Shown piece after piece: positions 50,483-63,400 of a stretch of DNA of 64,000 nt. The translations under genes and the position numbers were made by a program. Each line of letters starts with the position of its first letter. Position 1 is the stretch's first letter. The stretch comes from Trichoplax sp. H2 (Eukaryota), in contig NOWV01000017.1 of NCBI GenBank assembly GCA_003344405.1, positions 124,001 to 188,000 of the forward strand. The letters run 5' to 3'. A model generated the notes under the pieces. That model worked only from the letters and a program-made list of their open reading frames with translations, made no database searches and was not told where the DNA came from.

Positions 50483-50655
50483 ATGGGTTTGGTCAGGGAC
50501 TGCTAAAGCGAGAATTTTCTCATTAGTAGTCCTTGGTTTTGTCATCCATTTCTAGATCTCCCATACGGACGTATACTTCTTACCTCTATGGTTTTGTCAA
50601 GGGCTTCTAAAGAGAGAATTCTCTCTTGTAGTGCCGCAGTCCTTGGTTATATCAC
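50482..50655 (+). repeat. Two tandem ~60-70-bp paralogous palindromic (hairpin) units, period ~105 bp
   Basis: TATGGGTTTGGTCAGGGACTGCTAAAGCGAGAATTTTCTCATTAGTAGTCCTTGGTT and TATGGTTTTGTCAAGGGCTTCTAAAGAGAGAATTCTCTCTTGTAGTGCCGCAGTCCTTGGTT. Confidence 0.8.
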
Positions 50656-50825
50656 CGACTAGTACTGTAGACTTCTCCCGCACTTTCATACACTCGTAAG
50701 ACCACTATTTTAGGGGCGTGGCAAGGTAGATCTATCTGCTGGTTGAAAGCTGTTCAGGCTTTAGATCTTTTAAAATTATCCAGGCATGGACATTAAATTG
50801 AGCTCAAATTCCACATCAATAGATC

Positions 50826-51093
50826 ATGACAACCTTGAGCAATTGGCTCTTGATATTTCTATTCATTTTTATTACAGTATGAAGTAATTTCATTTCTTTA
50901 AAATTCTAATACAAACCAACGGTCTCTGCTACATACAGTATAAACAATAATATTACAGTCATCGACTACGACTGTAGAAGAAGTCCTTAAATCTGTCCTA
51001 CAAATGCAAGAGGCAGTAGCAATAAATGAAAGTGAATATACACTACCATTTTACATTCAGGGATTCAACATCAACATCTGGGAAGAAACATGA
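50826..51093 (+). CDS. Candidate small secreted peptide precursor (61 aa, two exons; hypothetical)
   Basis: Exon 50826-50876 (MTTLSNWLLIFLFIFIT) joins in phase 0, across an 82-nt GT-AG intron (50877-50958, GTATGA...TTACAG), to 50959-51093 (SSTTTVEEVLKSVLQMQEAVAINESEYTLPFYIQGFNINIWEET*). No homology recognised. An upstream out-of-frame ATG lies at 50786. Confidence 0.3.
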
Positions 51094-51867
51094 TGCTAAT
51101 TGGAATATCATGACTATGATATGATTTTCAGTAACAATATTAAGTAACTTTTTTTTTACAAAGGAATCTTGGTTAGAATTATACTAACATTTCTATTCAT
51201 ATCTACAGTACACTCAAAATAGGTCCGGATCATGCGATCAGGCTCTACTTGAATATCACCCAGGATCGATATCATTCATAATGAGTTTCTTGTATTACTT
51301 CGGGTATATGTAATAATAAAAATGGGTGAAGTCGTTCATAGGTAGTAATAGGCTACTAATAGCTAGCAAAACCAACAGCGCCGGTTATACTAGTTAAGCT
51401 AATATTACTGATACAGATAGTACAGATCGTTGAAAACACTTCTTAGTAGTAATCAGTGTCGATCAATTTTGCTATATTAAACGATTAAATTGCAACTATA
51501 TAAAAGTAATATCTGTAAAAATAATTTGCCATAAATCTTGATTTTATAATCAGGATACCGATTACACTTTATCCGGTGTACGAAATTAGGAAAGAGAATA
51601 TGATCGATGATAATCTTTGCGCATTTCATATTCAATTTTGTCTTGCCCAAATTACAATACATATTATTTGGCGAATATAGGAGTCTTTGATTTAATTAAT
51701 CCTATGTTCAAACATGATTGAATAATTGTAGAAGCATTACAATTGCGTAATTGCATAGTTATGCAGAAGAACTTATATCATGATACTGAATAAATGTTTA
51801 CAGTAATTGATTTACTATAGAGTAACCATATGAAATATTATACTGTTTATCTATTATTTCATGACAG

Positions 51868-54800
51868 TCATACCGTCTTTTTTGACGCTGTTTTTCGGCT
51901 AATGATCATCCATACACAGCAGGAAAATAAATATACAATCCTTACAATAATTGCAGTTGCATTCCATGATGCAGCTAAGATAAAAAGAGATAAATTCAAC
52001 TTTAGTTTAAATGTTATATCAAATCTATTTGATCATCATGGACTTCTTTTTAGATATTTTTATTATTTAATGATTGAAGATAATCTATACTTACTGAGAT
52101 TATAATTAGATGAAATATATAAATCGGCTAATATATAAAGAATACATCGGCAAAGTTCGATGTGTGGACCATAAGGCCTACATAGTATTACAAGAAAAAG
52201 ACGTGTTAGTCAATGTCATAGATATTCCAACGGTTGCCTATTTCGATGTTATTAGAAAGTTCGTCAAGGTATCGCAATTTGATGCAAATCAATAATTCTT
52301 TCAAGATAAAATTTACCGCTTTTCGAGTAGAGCGCCAAAAGAATACAGCGATAATAGAATAAAGATAATGGTGGATAATACTATCGTCTGTTGTAATTCC
52401 TAGTTGATCATAACCATCATATGTGAGTGGTAACAAAGTGCTGTTATTCTTGAAAGTTACATAAAATATTCCTAACATTTAATTTTTCTTTTCTTACTTT
52501 CACATATGCTATAAGTAATTGATTACCAACAAGCGTCAACAAGAAATGAAGCAAACAATAGTATTGATGAAATCTTGGTGCTTGTAGATCATATTTTACA
52601 AAGGTTCTAGAATCGACCTGGTACAGAGAATCAAAGATATTTCTATAATTACTATTTATATCTTAGAATGATTTAATTTAAGATAATCAAATTGTAATAC
52701 TGTGTGCAGTCATGTAGAGCAAAAATCATATAATCGATACTGAAAGTATGTATTTGTGATTTAGGAACTAAATCACCGGTATATATTATTTGATAATAAC
52801 AGTTCGTATACCATTGGAATTGCTTCTTTATTGCCTAGACGAGGGGTACCAGGACGCCAACCTGGTCCTTTCCACCATACTGCCAGCTATCAAATTAATC
52901 AAAAATTGACCATATTAGAGAAATTTTAGAAATGTAACATTATTTAAATTAAAAAAATTTCTTACATCAGAAATTTAAAGATACAATGAAAAACGATATT
53001 TCCGAATAAATGAACTCCGAATATTAGTATTGTCAGTGATGATCCCATACGATTATGTTATGATCCCTTACTCATCTATTAGTACTTCAATGAGTTTTAC
53101 CTTGTTTAAAATTCCCTCTAATTCCAAAAATCGGCGGAAGCTCTTGATAAAACAGCCAAATTGTATTGTTACAGGATGCCAACTATCGACAGGGGCTGTT
53201 AACCCATAAACTTCATCAGCCACTTCTTCTTCGAATGTGCCTATAATTAATGTAGATATTGCAAAATCAATGTGTGTAGCCTTATTAATTAAAAAGCAAG
53301 CTCTTTAATAGTTAAAAAACATAAATAAAATTATTTAAAGTCAGTCTTTTTTTGCAAAATATTTTATCAACCCATGTAGTCTTATATAGTCTTATTAATT
53401 AAAAAGTAAACCCTACAACAGTTACAAACATAGATAATTTATTTTTAAGTCATTCTTTTTAAAAACTAACCCAAAAGTCGATCCCAGATAATAAAAATAC
53501 CACCGTAGTTTTTATTGATATATTCTGGATTTCGAGCTACGTAATGAAATACATGTAGTAAAGCCTATGATTAACATCTGCTTTTTCTTTATCGATTAGA
53601 GCATGATGCATGCTTGATGCAGCCATCATGAAATAATTTTAAATAAAATTAGAAACCAATTCCTTCTAAAGTAATAATTTCTGGAGGTAACATATTCTCA
53701 TTATGTATTAATTTTTGCTCATATCTAACAAATTATATAAGTATTCGTATTTCTAAAATTTATTAAAAATCGTCTATACTCGTATTGGAACATTTACCAT
53801 GATGTACTCGATGATGTTTTGGTGTATTAAAAATATATTCAAGTGGACCCAAGTTATCAATGATCTAATGCAATTTTAAATGGAGTTAGTTCATGAATAC
53901 TTTTATACATTGTGCATTAACCATTCGATATGTGCATATATTTAGTATATTTATCCTATTAATATACCGTACTGAATTTTAATAGTCTGCAGATACACTT
54001 ATACTTTTTTAAAACTTACCTCAGTGTGAACCCAAAATTGATACATTAAATTAAATTGAATATGAACCAAGAATATAGATGGCGGTATGAACAAAGCTAA
54101 GGGTAGGTAAAAGATCTGCAGAAAATGAAAATTGTATCATTTATCACGCTATTCTATCTTAGAGATAATTAAAATATAATCCAATCATTTGTTTATATCT
54201 ACGACTAAGCAATATTAATTTACCCATGCAAAATACTGTTGTAGAAATGATTGACGTAATGCTATGGTTAAATTAAATTCTTGGGAGCTATGATGAACTT
54301 GATGGGCAATCCAAAATAAATTGATTTCTGTAAGTTAAAGCGAATTAATAATAATCAGTATTAATACAATTATTATCCTTGGTTGCAATAAATTGAACAA
54401 GTAGTAATATCAACAGTCATATGCTATTACTATTACGATATTTTTAATCAAGCAGGCTAGTATACAAGCATTGACACTGTATTTGCTTTAATCAAATTAT
54501 TAAAGTATTGAAGCAAGACAGTTAGGATTAAGCTTTCATATTCTTCTATTATTATCCATTAATTTAATACTAATATCTCTATAATCAACATCGGGTACTA
54601 CAAAACATGGGACGATTAATCAAGGACTACTAATAAATCGATATTAAAATATACTAAATAATATGATTACTAAAGCTATGACTTAAAATATTCTTTCTAA
54701 AACAAACAAATAAATCATCTGTAAACATATGACTAATTAGCTCTATTTATACATAAAACCGGACTAAAAAATAATAATAGAGAATTAGTATCCAGCCTTA

Positions 54801-56287
54801 TTTTACATAACAATATACTAAAAAAAATGGTATTTATCAAGGTTATAATGATAGAATAGATCGAACTATGATTTAACTACTAAAGTATTAGATTATTCTC
54901 TTTCTGAAGCATGGCAATAGTTTATAACTAGGTCAGTATAAGCTTAGCTTGTTTCCATATTGTTTTCTAATAATATTGTACGTCAAAATAGCAATCAATA
55001 ATATTACCGTGGGCGAACCGATGGACAAAATAATATGCTAAATCAACTCCAAGAAGGCATAACCACCATGTCTGTGGTGAATCCCATGGTAATTTTATCC
55101 AATTATAGCGCTGATGAATCTTGATGTACATCTCTAATTCTATGCTTCTGACAAGTAGACTACAAATGAACAAGTAAACGAGTACAGATATTACAGGTCA
55201 CCGAAAATAATCCAATACAGTTTTAGCTTTACTGCCACCTAATACTGTACTTTTAGATCGAGCTATTTTAAAATATACTTATAGTAAAGCATTACACTTG
55301 ATCTTGTAAAGGAATGAGAGTAAATTATTTATGAACTAAGACATTTAAATAAGAATTTTATCACATCAAGGGCATCCATTAGTTTGATCTCGATTGAACT
55401 TACTGTGGTATTATTGATATAATAAATGCCGAAAGCGATGCAATGAAATCAGGAATTCGTAAAACTTGCAGTTTATGTTTAATAAATCGAATTAATATTT
55501 CGATCATTATTGTGGTTAGAAAGAATGGATAAACCTTGAAAGAAGAGAGTAATGATTAACTTTAATTATTTAAAGACAATATTCTCCAATACTCTAGGCT
55601 GTTGTTATTATCTCAAGCATCAGTTGTATAGTGATGCTATTAATTCGTTGTCTTAGAATATAATTTAAGTTTTTATTTTTGTCCATCTTCATTCTTATTA
55701 ATTCTAAAAACTCATTTTTTCTCAATGATAGTAACAGTAGTACAATAATTGTCCTACTCCATCACTGCTGTAACTACTATGATCGAGATTCTAACAGCTT
55801 TAATCATTGTCCATATAATGGAAAGCCAACTAAGCAAAAATTAGTGATTGTAATTGATAATCAAAAAAGCTCATTAGTTAACCAAAATTATCTACAATTT
55901 AACTGTATAGAACATCCATAATTGTCTGTTAAATCGATAGCCTGAGCGAATTAGCAAGTAATGCAATAAGAAAAATTATTAGATAGATTTAGCCCTGATT
56001 AGTTATTAATACACATTACATATAATAATAACAATTATAAGTTGAAGATGAATATAAAAGGTATGGCGATGAAGTTTCGCTGCTAAAATAAGCTTAGTAG
56101 CTTACGCTGATGATTGCTAAGGACAAGACATTGTATGCGATGTTTTGGTGTAAAGTAGAACTGTTAAAAAATAAATAAAATGAGCAGTAGCGAACTGTAA
56201 GATTTAATCTGCCTACGTGATCAAAGTAAGGGTGAACAGGAAAAGCTGGGCAATGAGTATTTTACTAATTGAACTCATGACAGTCAT
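51868..56287 (-). CDS. AGMO: Alkylglycerol monooxygenase (TMEM195, fatty acid hydroxylase family), paralogue A
   Basis: Exons: 55404-55534 (VYPFFLTTIMIEILI...), about 55008-55158 (LPWDSPQTWWLCLLGVDLAYYFVHRFAH), about 54224-54327 ([27 protein letters not shown]), QFWVHTE, LGPLEYIFNTPKHHRVHH, RNPEYINKNYGG..IIWDRLLGTF, and KGPGWRPGTPRLG. The protein ends ...RKTASKKTV with the stop at 51868-51870. The first two small exons (56217-56287 and 56106-56160) are phase-compatible but less certain. Confidence 0.9.
53281..53463. repeat. Degenerate tandem duplication with period 110 bp in an AGMO-A intron
   Basis: CTTATTAATTAAAAAG occurs at 53281 and 53391, each followed by ...AGTTA.AAACATA.ATAA..TTATTT..AAGTCA.TCTTTTT. 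Confidence 0.75.
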
Positions 56288-59200
56288 CTAAGATCAAACT
56301 TGAAAAATCATGAATCAGAGGTACATAAAATTGATGACATAATAGAGAATTTCACGCAATAAAATCAATGCCTAAGATACAAATAAAATAAAGCATAGGG
56401 AGATGATTTCGTTGTTGCATTTAATGTTTGCGATAATCTCTGTAAAAGCGTGATTGTGTTGTGACATGTTTACATTAATAACAGATGCACAAGCAAATTT
56501 TTAAAAATATAAATAGGACTTAGAGCTTTGAAGAGTGTGACCTACAGTACAGTATTTCTCAGTAGTAGTACAGTAGGCCCCCAAAACATCAAAGAATAGC
56601 TTATGGAGGATTTAATTCGGTTGTAGGAACAATTAGCAACTAATAGAGCGGAAGTAAAAATAATCGCAATATCATGTTTTCGTCAATCATTGTCAAGAGT
56701 CAGACTTGTATAAAATAAAAAAACTTGCTAATTGGATCAATTTTGATATACATTATCTCCATAAGATAGTGGATATACGTGGATGGCTAGCTGATGGACG
56801 ACTAAAATGTTCTTATTAGAATGACTATCAAATCAGAAATTGAAAACAAATGAAAGTAACACAATAAAGTAACGTGGCAGTTTCGCTAAAGAATAGAATC
56901 CTGTGATAGCTTCTCGATGTTTATAAAACTATAGCTGGTCAATACACCATTAAAGGATAGAGTTGCAAATGGATTATTTTTTTAGACACATTACCTCCAT
57001 GAGACGCTACATAGCTAAGTCGTTGAGGGAAAGATTTAAAAGTAATCGTCCGAACAACTGGAAAAATGGACAAAACTAAAGATAGTACTATAATTACAGA
57101 GGTTATTCCGCTAATTACCATAGAAAAAAATAAATAGAATCCTGAGATCGTTTGAAGAAATTATAACATTGTAGACGATTAATGGCCGATTGCAAGGGTA
57201 AAATTATAAACTGCCTATTCAATATTGAAAATGTTTTCATGATAGCATTTACTGTGAACGCTGTTCATAAACTCAAAGGATAAATTTGGATACAACGAGC
57301 TGGCTATAATAAATATAATGTGCCGTAATGAGTTTTTTTAGGATGATCTTTATAGGCGAACATCAAATTATTTCCAGTCTTACTTTTTCGATATAGCCTG
57401 GAACTTGGTGGACATGTTGAAATGTTGTTATTTGTATCAGATGAGATAGCGGACGATAGGGCAGTGAAGAATTCATGCTTGAAATATTAAATTAAAGTTG
57501 TGTTGCTTGTAGAATGATGATTAATGGTCAATTTAGCCTTGAGGGAAAGAACGAAAAATATTGATTTTATAACCAACGAGGACCGATAATTATTACTATC
57601 AGATTGGACCGATAGCTATTATTGTCGTTTTGGTGTATATAGTTAATATTCAAATTACTGTTGATGTAAGTTGTTTTTTCTACCAGCTTTGTTTTGATTT
57701 GCAAATTAAACAAAAACTCTTATCCAATTTTATTGTCAAGCATGCCATACAATTATTAATAGAGCATTTAAATGCAAATTGCATGGGGTTTTTGATGTAA
57801 AAACGGTCGAATAGGTAAATCTTGACATTTAGCTAGGGCATGATTGGTTGGATTCGTTAATTGGAGTAATGACATACCAACTTGAATCATATTTTAGATT
57901 CAATCATGAAACAGTCAAAATAGCGTTGGATAAAGTTAGCAGTCAAATAGATTATTCCGAGGTTCTAATTGTTTTCTACGACCAATATTTACATTGGTTT
58001 AATATCTTGATTATTCCAGACGGCCGTTGCTTCGCTATTTTAACCAACGATGATGAGGAATAGGTCAGTGACGTCATGGCCTCTAAGGTTAGGTCCTGGC
58101 GGAGTTTGGATAAGTTGCACAGTATAGCTGGTATGGAGCTTTCCGCTTGTGCAGAAAGGAAAAAATCGTTCTAGATCTAGACTTGCTACACTTTAAAAAA
58201 TTGGAATATTTTTGTGAGTTATACGAATGAAAGCCAAATCGGATAGATGCAAAGAGTCCAAATATAATATCGAGTAGCATTTCAACTTTTAAAATGCTTT
58301 CTTTTCGTAGTCCCTGATCACATCACAGCAAATTTCTATTCGAATATTAATAAGTTGTGGAGCTGGCATAACAGATCTTCGGTTGTATCTTCAATAGCTA
58401 ATTTATGAATATGCTCGTTATGCAATTTGTTATTGACTTGCTACACTTAACATAGGAATAAAAATCAAATCTGAAAGGTAGAAAAAGAGTTACAGTAGGT
58501 GTTTTAGTGTGATATAGTAAATTTTCCATTGCATCTTCCTCATGGCTGCTGTAGTGATTTTTTTAATAGATATGCACACACATGAGATCAAATCTAAGAA
58601 AGTATTTAAAATAGCTTCAAATTAGGCATAGAAACTGAATACGTGCGATATGGACAGTGATATTTATACTTTTCCTGAATTACAATTTTTGAAATAATGT
58701 CGGTAAATGCATGGGCCAAAATTAGCAGTAGCAAGTGTTAAAGTGTTTAAAGTAGATTCAAATTAGGTAGGAAAATGAATAACATTTATATAATCAAAGC
58801 TTTAATATGGTGGTAAGAAATTATGATTACGGTGTAACTTTTGCATACTGTAGCTGTCGTAGCACAGTTTCCATAAGATGACTTATCTAAGAATGTGTTA
58901 AATATTGATTTATTTAGGACGCTTTAAATATTATTATTTTTAATAGATAACTGCACAGTTATACTGTACAGTATAGTATTATCTATACTGTAAACTAATA
59001 ATTAATGTTTATGTAGATTTACTATAAATTGACTGACTTTGCGATTAAGTTTGGGTTCAGTTTATGTAAGAGATTAGTGGGATTACTGTTCCTCCAGACG
59101 ATAGCTAATAATCAGTATTTAGAGCTTTACTGTAGGCAGATGTCAGGGAGGGTGAATCTGACTATAGACTTGCAGCTTTAGTCTTTTGTAATAATTATAT

Positions 59201-60427
59201 TCTTTCGTTGTTGCAAATTTAGATTTGATACAATATCTATGAGATATATTTAACGTGCTATCTTGAATGAAATTTTTCAATTCTTGATAGCAGATAGCGT
59301 GGATTAAATGGATTAAAGATGTACCTAAGCTGGCTATTTATATAAGTTGCAGCGATGTATAAAGTAAACATTTTCGGTTTTCAATGATCTTCTGTGCTTG
59401 TTATGTATAAAAATTTCTTGCGGAACTAATACTCGAAGGGAGATATTGGTGTCTATTGAAAATCAGAATCCTGTAAATTGATTTACTATCGTAAACTCAG
59501 TCAGATGTTAGTAGCACAAAGACATATAAGATTGCATAAACTTTATTGAAATATCTAGAAAAGGGTTAAGCGTATTCAAATAGTGTATTTATTGCGGTTC
59601 GTCTAGATCCACTACACTACTCCTAATATTGAAACTACTACTCGATATATGAATAAATGAATAAACATAACACGATTAATACATGATGCTAACCCTTAGA
59701 TGTCTAAGCAAAAATTAACTGCAGATATATGGGGTTACAATCTCGATAAGGGATAACTAATAATAGCGTGATACCATTAAGTTTCGTATAGTTTCGCACA
59801 TTATAACGATTGAATTACAGTCCATAAACTACTTGAGATAATAATCCATTTTCAGATCGAAAGAATCATATTCTTCTTCAGTACTTTGCGTATGTAACTA
59901 AATGATAGGGCAAATTTGTTACTCAAATTACTACATGATGGTTGTTATTCATAGTAGTATACAGTTACAAAGGAGTTACTATATCATAAGTTTAACTACT
60001 AGGGATAGTTAATGTACTGATTTATACAATATACTTAGTATGGAAGTTCTTTGCCCTTGTTCAACAATTCAGTAAGTTAAAGCGAACAATACAGGTACGT
60101 TATACGAGAATGAGTTCATGAGATATCTATTAACATCTTTGCAAAACTAAAATTTTTAGAGGAATAATTTTTACGTATAAGCAATGGTATTTACTACACA
60201 AGCCACTTTGTTAACACTAAGTTTCAAACGTTGCTATAGCTATGACATATGATATAATTTGAGATTAGTTATTATTTTGTAGATGCTTAGGTAATTTGGT
60301 AGTTGTTTTTGTAAACAGTTTATGCTGGTACTTTATAAGTTGCTTTCTAGAGAACGATGAATCAAGCAAGGCCTCAAACATAACTGTATATTTTCTTGAT
60401 TGCTTTGTCAACAATTGTACCAAGAAT

Positions 60428-63400
60428 TTAAGCCACTTTGGTCTTGACAGAGATTTGAATAGCTCTCGTAATCCATAGTAAGGAAGATAGCGAAAATATA
60501 ATCTTCAGAAATGTGGCAGTTTCAGTTGGTATTACTATAGTACGAAGGAAATTTAAATAAAATACCATCAAAATGCTTAATTAGCGGTTAGTGAGATATA
60601 ACTATATTAATTTTAAAAGCAATGAATACAGCTTTCGTATTTAGAACATTCCGAAATTAAGGGATGAAGAGCTAAACTTACAAACGTATCCAGTTGATAT
60701 TAACATGGTATCCATCACTAAGTAGGACATGCACCGACTATACTCGACAAATGGTGCATAGTACCTATAGTTCAAGAATATTTTTATTAAGTTACTTATT
60801 TAATAAATATAAATAGGTATTCACAAATAGAAAATATAGCTTGCTAAAAATTACAAATAGGTATTAGGTAATGGGGTAAATATTAATTAGGTCAAGTTTC
60901 ATTATTTGAAATGCGATGTTCTACACTACAAGTAATACCTGCTTTCTAGCAAGATTCCTATGCTATAAAGTGTAATTAAAGTAGATATAATCCCAAGAAA
61001 TAACTGAGTGGTTGGCATATCCTGCAAATACGTCATGTAAAGAAGAGATAAAAGTTTTAGGATAAAATTTAGCATGAAATGTTAGAGGATTATTCGTTGT
61101 AATTATGTCTCTGCTTATATTTTGAGACATATAAATATATGCATATTTATATTAAACATGGTTACTGATAGTGAATTGTTAACAGAAATCCTGACAAAAA
61201 TACACGAATCGTCCGTCATTACACCTACGGTGATTAAATCTACCTACTCTTATTTCAATAGATATATTATGGATTGAAAACATATTTATATTGAGCACAG
61301 GCTACTGCTATAGTAGATTGCTCATAACTACTGTATTGTATTAAATGCAATGTAAAATTTTTAATTACCTTTCTGATCTGTAATTCCTGATTTAGAACTA
61401 CAATAACAAAAAAGTGAAGGAGACTGTACACTTGACACCAAGCAGAACATTTTGGATTATACTTGATAAATGTTTTGCGACTGATCTAAGATTTAAATGG
61501 AATTTAGCTTTTGTTAAATAAGGAAATTATGTAAAGGAATTTTAAAATAAACAATAAATTGAACCTTGAAAATGGTTATTCTGGTTTATATCTTTATAGT
61601 TCAAGTTGTTTGAAAATGTTAAATACTACCTTAGGAATGGCCCCAGGGTTTCCCAGACGTGGTTTGCCGGGTCGCCATCCTGGACCATTGATATAAATGC
61701 CGAGCTATATAAGTTTTAATACAAATTATAGTTATTACAAATTATTCCATAAACATTTTGAAGTTTAAATTTTGTTCCTTGTACTAATATAATTTCTGAC
61801 CATAGGGATCATGATAAAACATGTTTTTAAAATAGAGGCGTATCGCAAATTCATTTTACATTAATATGTAGAGTGACAGAAATAAAGATTTACCAAGTTG
61901 TAGAAACTATCATACGATAAAGATCGTTTAATAGTTTCAATTAAATAGCCAAATTGCACCCAGAGAGGATTCCATGTAGCTACAGGGGATGTTAAACCAT
62001 ATACACCTTCTTCATCTTCAGGCTCGAATGTACCTTTACATGAGTATGCGGATACATGATAATAAGTTTTTAAAAATGATTTCGTCAAGCTTTTCAGGTG
62101 TTTGACTCATAGAGAGTGCTATACTAAAATTAATGAGTTAACAAAATGATTGTCCTGCTACTGCTGATTATAATATGTAAATACTAACCGAATATCCTGT
62201 CCCAAATAATTAATACACCAGCGTAATTTTTATCTATATATTGAGGATTGCGGCCTAGTAGGTGAATGTAGTATAAAAATAACTTCATTAATTTTTGACT
62301 GATTTTAAATCTGAATTATTCTTTGCTTAAAAATTGTAAACATACTATGATGAACTCGATGATGGCTTGGTGTATTGAGAAAGTATTCTAGAGGTCCGAT
62401 TTTATCAATTACCTAGATATCAAGTAAATATTAGCCAGTGAGTATATAGAAGATTGTTTGATTAAGTCAGCGACGATGAACATGGTAATTTCAAATACGA
62501 TTAGCATTAAGGTAACAACATTACTATTAGTTAAATTGAAGATTAATAGTTTTTGATAAACACTATTGGTAAACATGCGATTATAAAGGATTGGTTAAAG
62601 AGGAACTTAAATTTTCAATACACCGGATATGTAAGACCATTCGACTACAAACTAGCTCATTTTCTAGAGTTTGTAATCGCCACTTTCAATAATTCATTAC
62701 AATAATTAATTTTTACTAATGCTAAACATATTACCATCATTAAATGGCGATATTTAAAGCGCCGTAAGTGGTTATTAGTTTACATATTTGTTTAATCGAA
62801 GTCTAATTATTTAAAGTGTATAAATTGTAAAAAAAATTACCCCGTAACAAAGGTTAATGCAGGATGTATTACATTCATCGAAGATATAAATTTTAATTTA
62901 CAATTTTGCGTTAATTTTGTCAGCATATTACAGCTATGAAAACGACTTGAATAAGACTAGGTTAACTTTAATTAAAATTTCGGTAGTAGAGTTAGTTTAC
63001 CTCAGTATGTATCCAAAATTGAAAGATTAAGTTCAATTGTATATGAACTAAGAAAACTGGAGGGGGCACTAACAATGCCAAAGGTAAATAACCTACCTGT
63101 TAAATAGTCCAATAACATTTAAAATTAGGATACTAAGAAGCATAAGATTGCTCGAAGGCTTAGGGATTGTTTTATTAAATTGTAACAAGAAGAATTGATA
63201 TCTTTCGACAATAGATTTCTATAGAATAAGGATATCTTTTAGAACACACATATACAGTATGTACTTACTGTTTAAACTATTAGATTCTAGCAAACACAGA
63301 ATATAGATTTATCGATATAGTATTTTCAATAGTACAGGAAAAGAGCACTTAGAACATACCCAGCTGAAGTATTGTTGAAGAACAGATTGGCGTAGGGCAG

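Noticed and set aside
50082..50506. Y/S/T/V/Q/C-rich ORFs (68 aa minus, 90 aa plus)
   Set aside because: They are translations of the CAGTA/TACTG low-complexity cluster. The same applies to the end of the ORF at 20491-20682.
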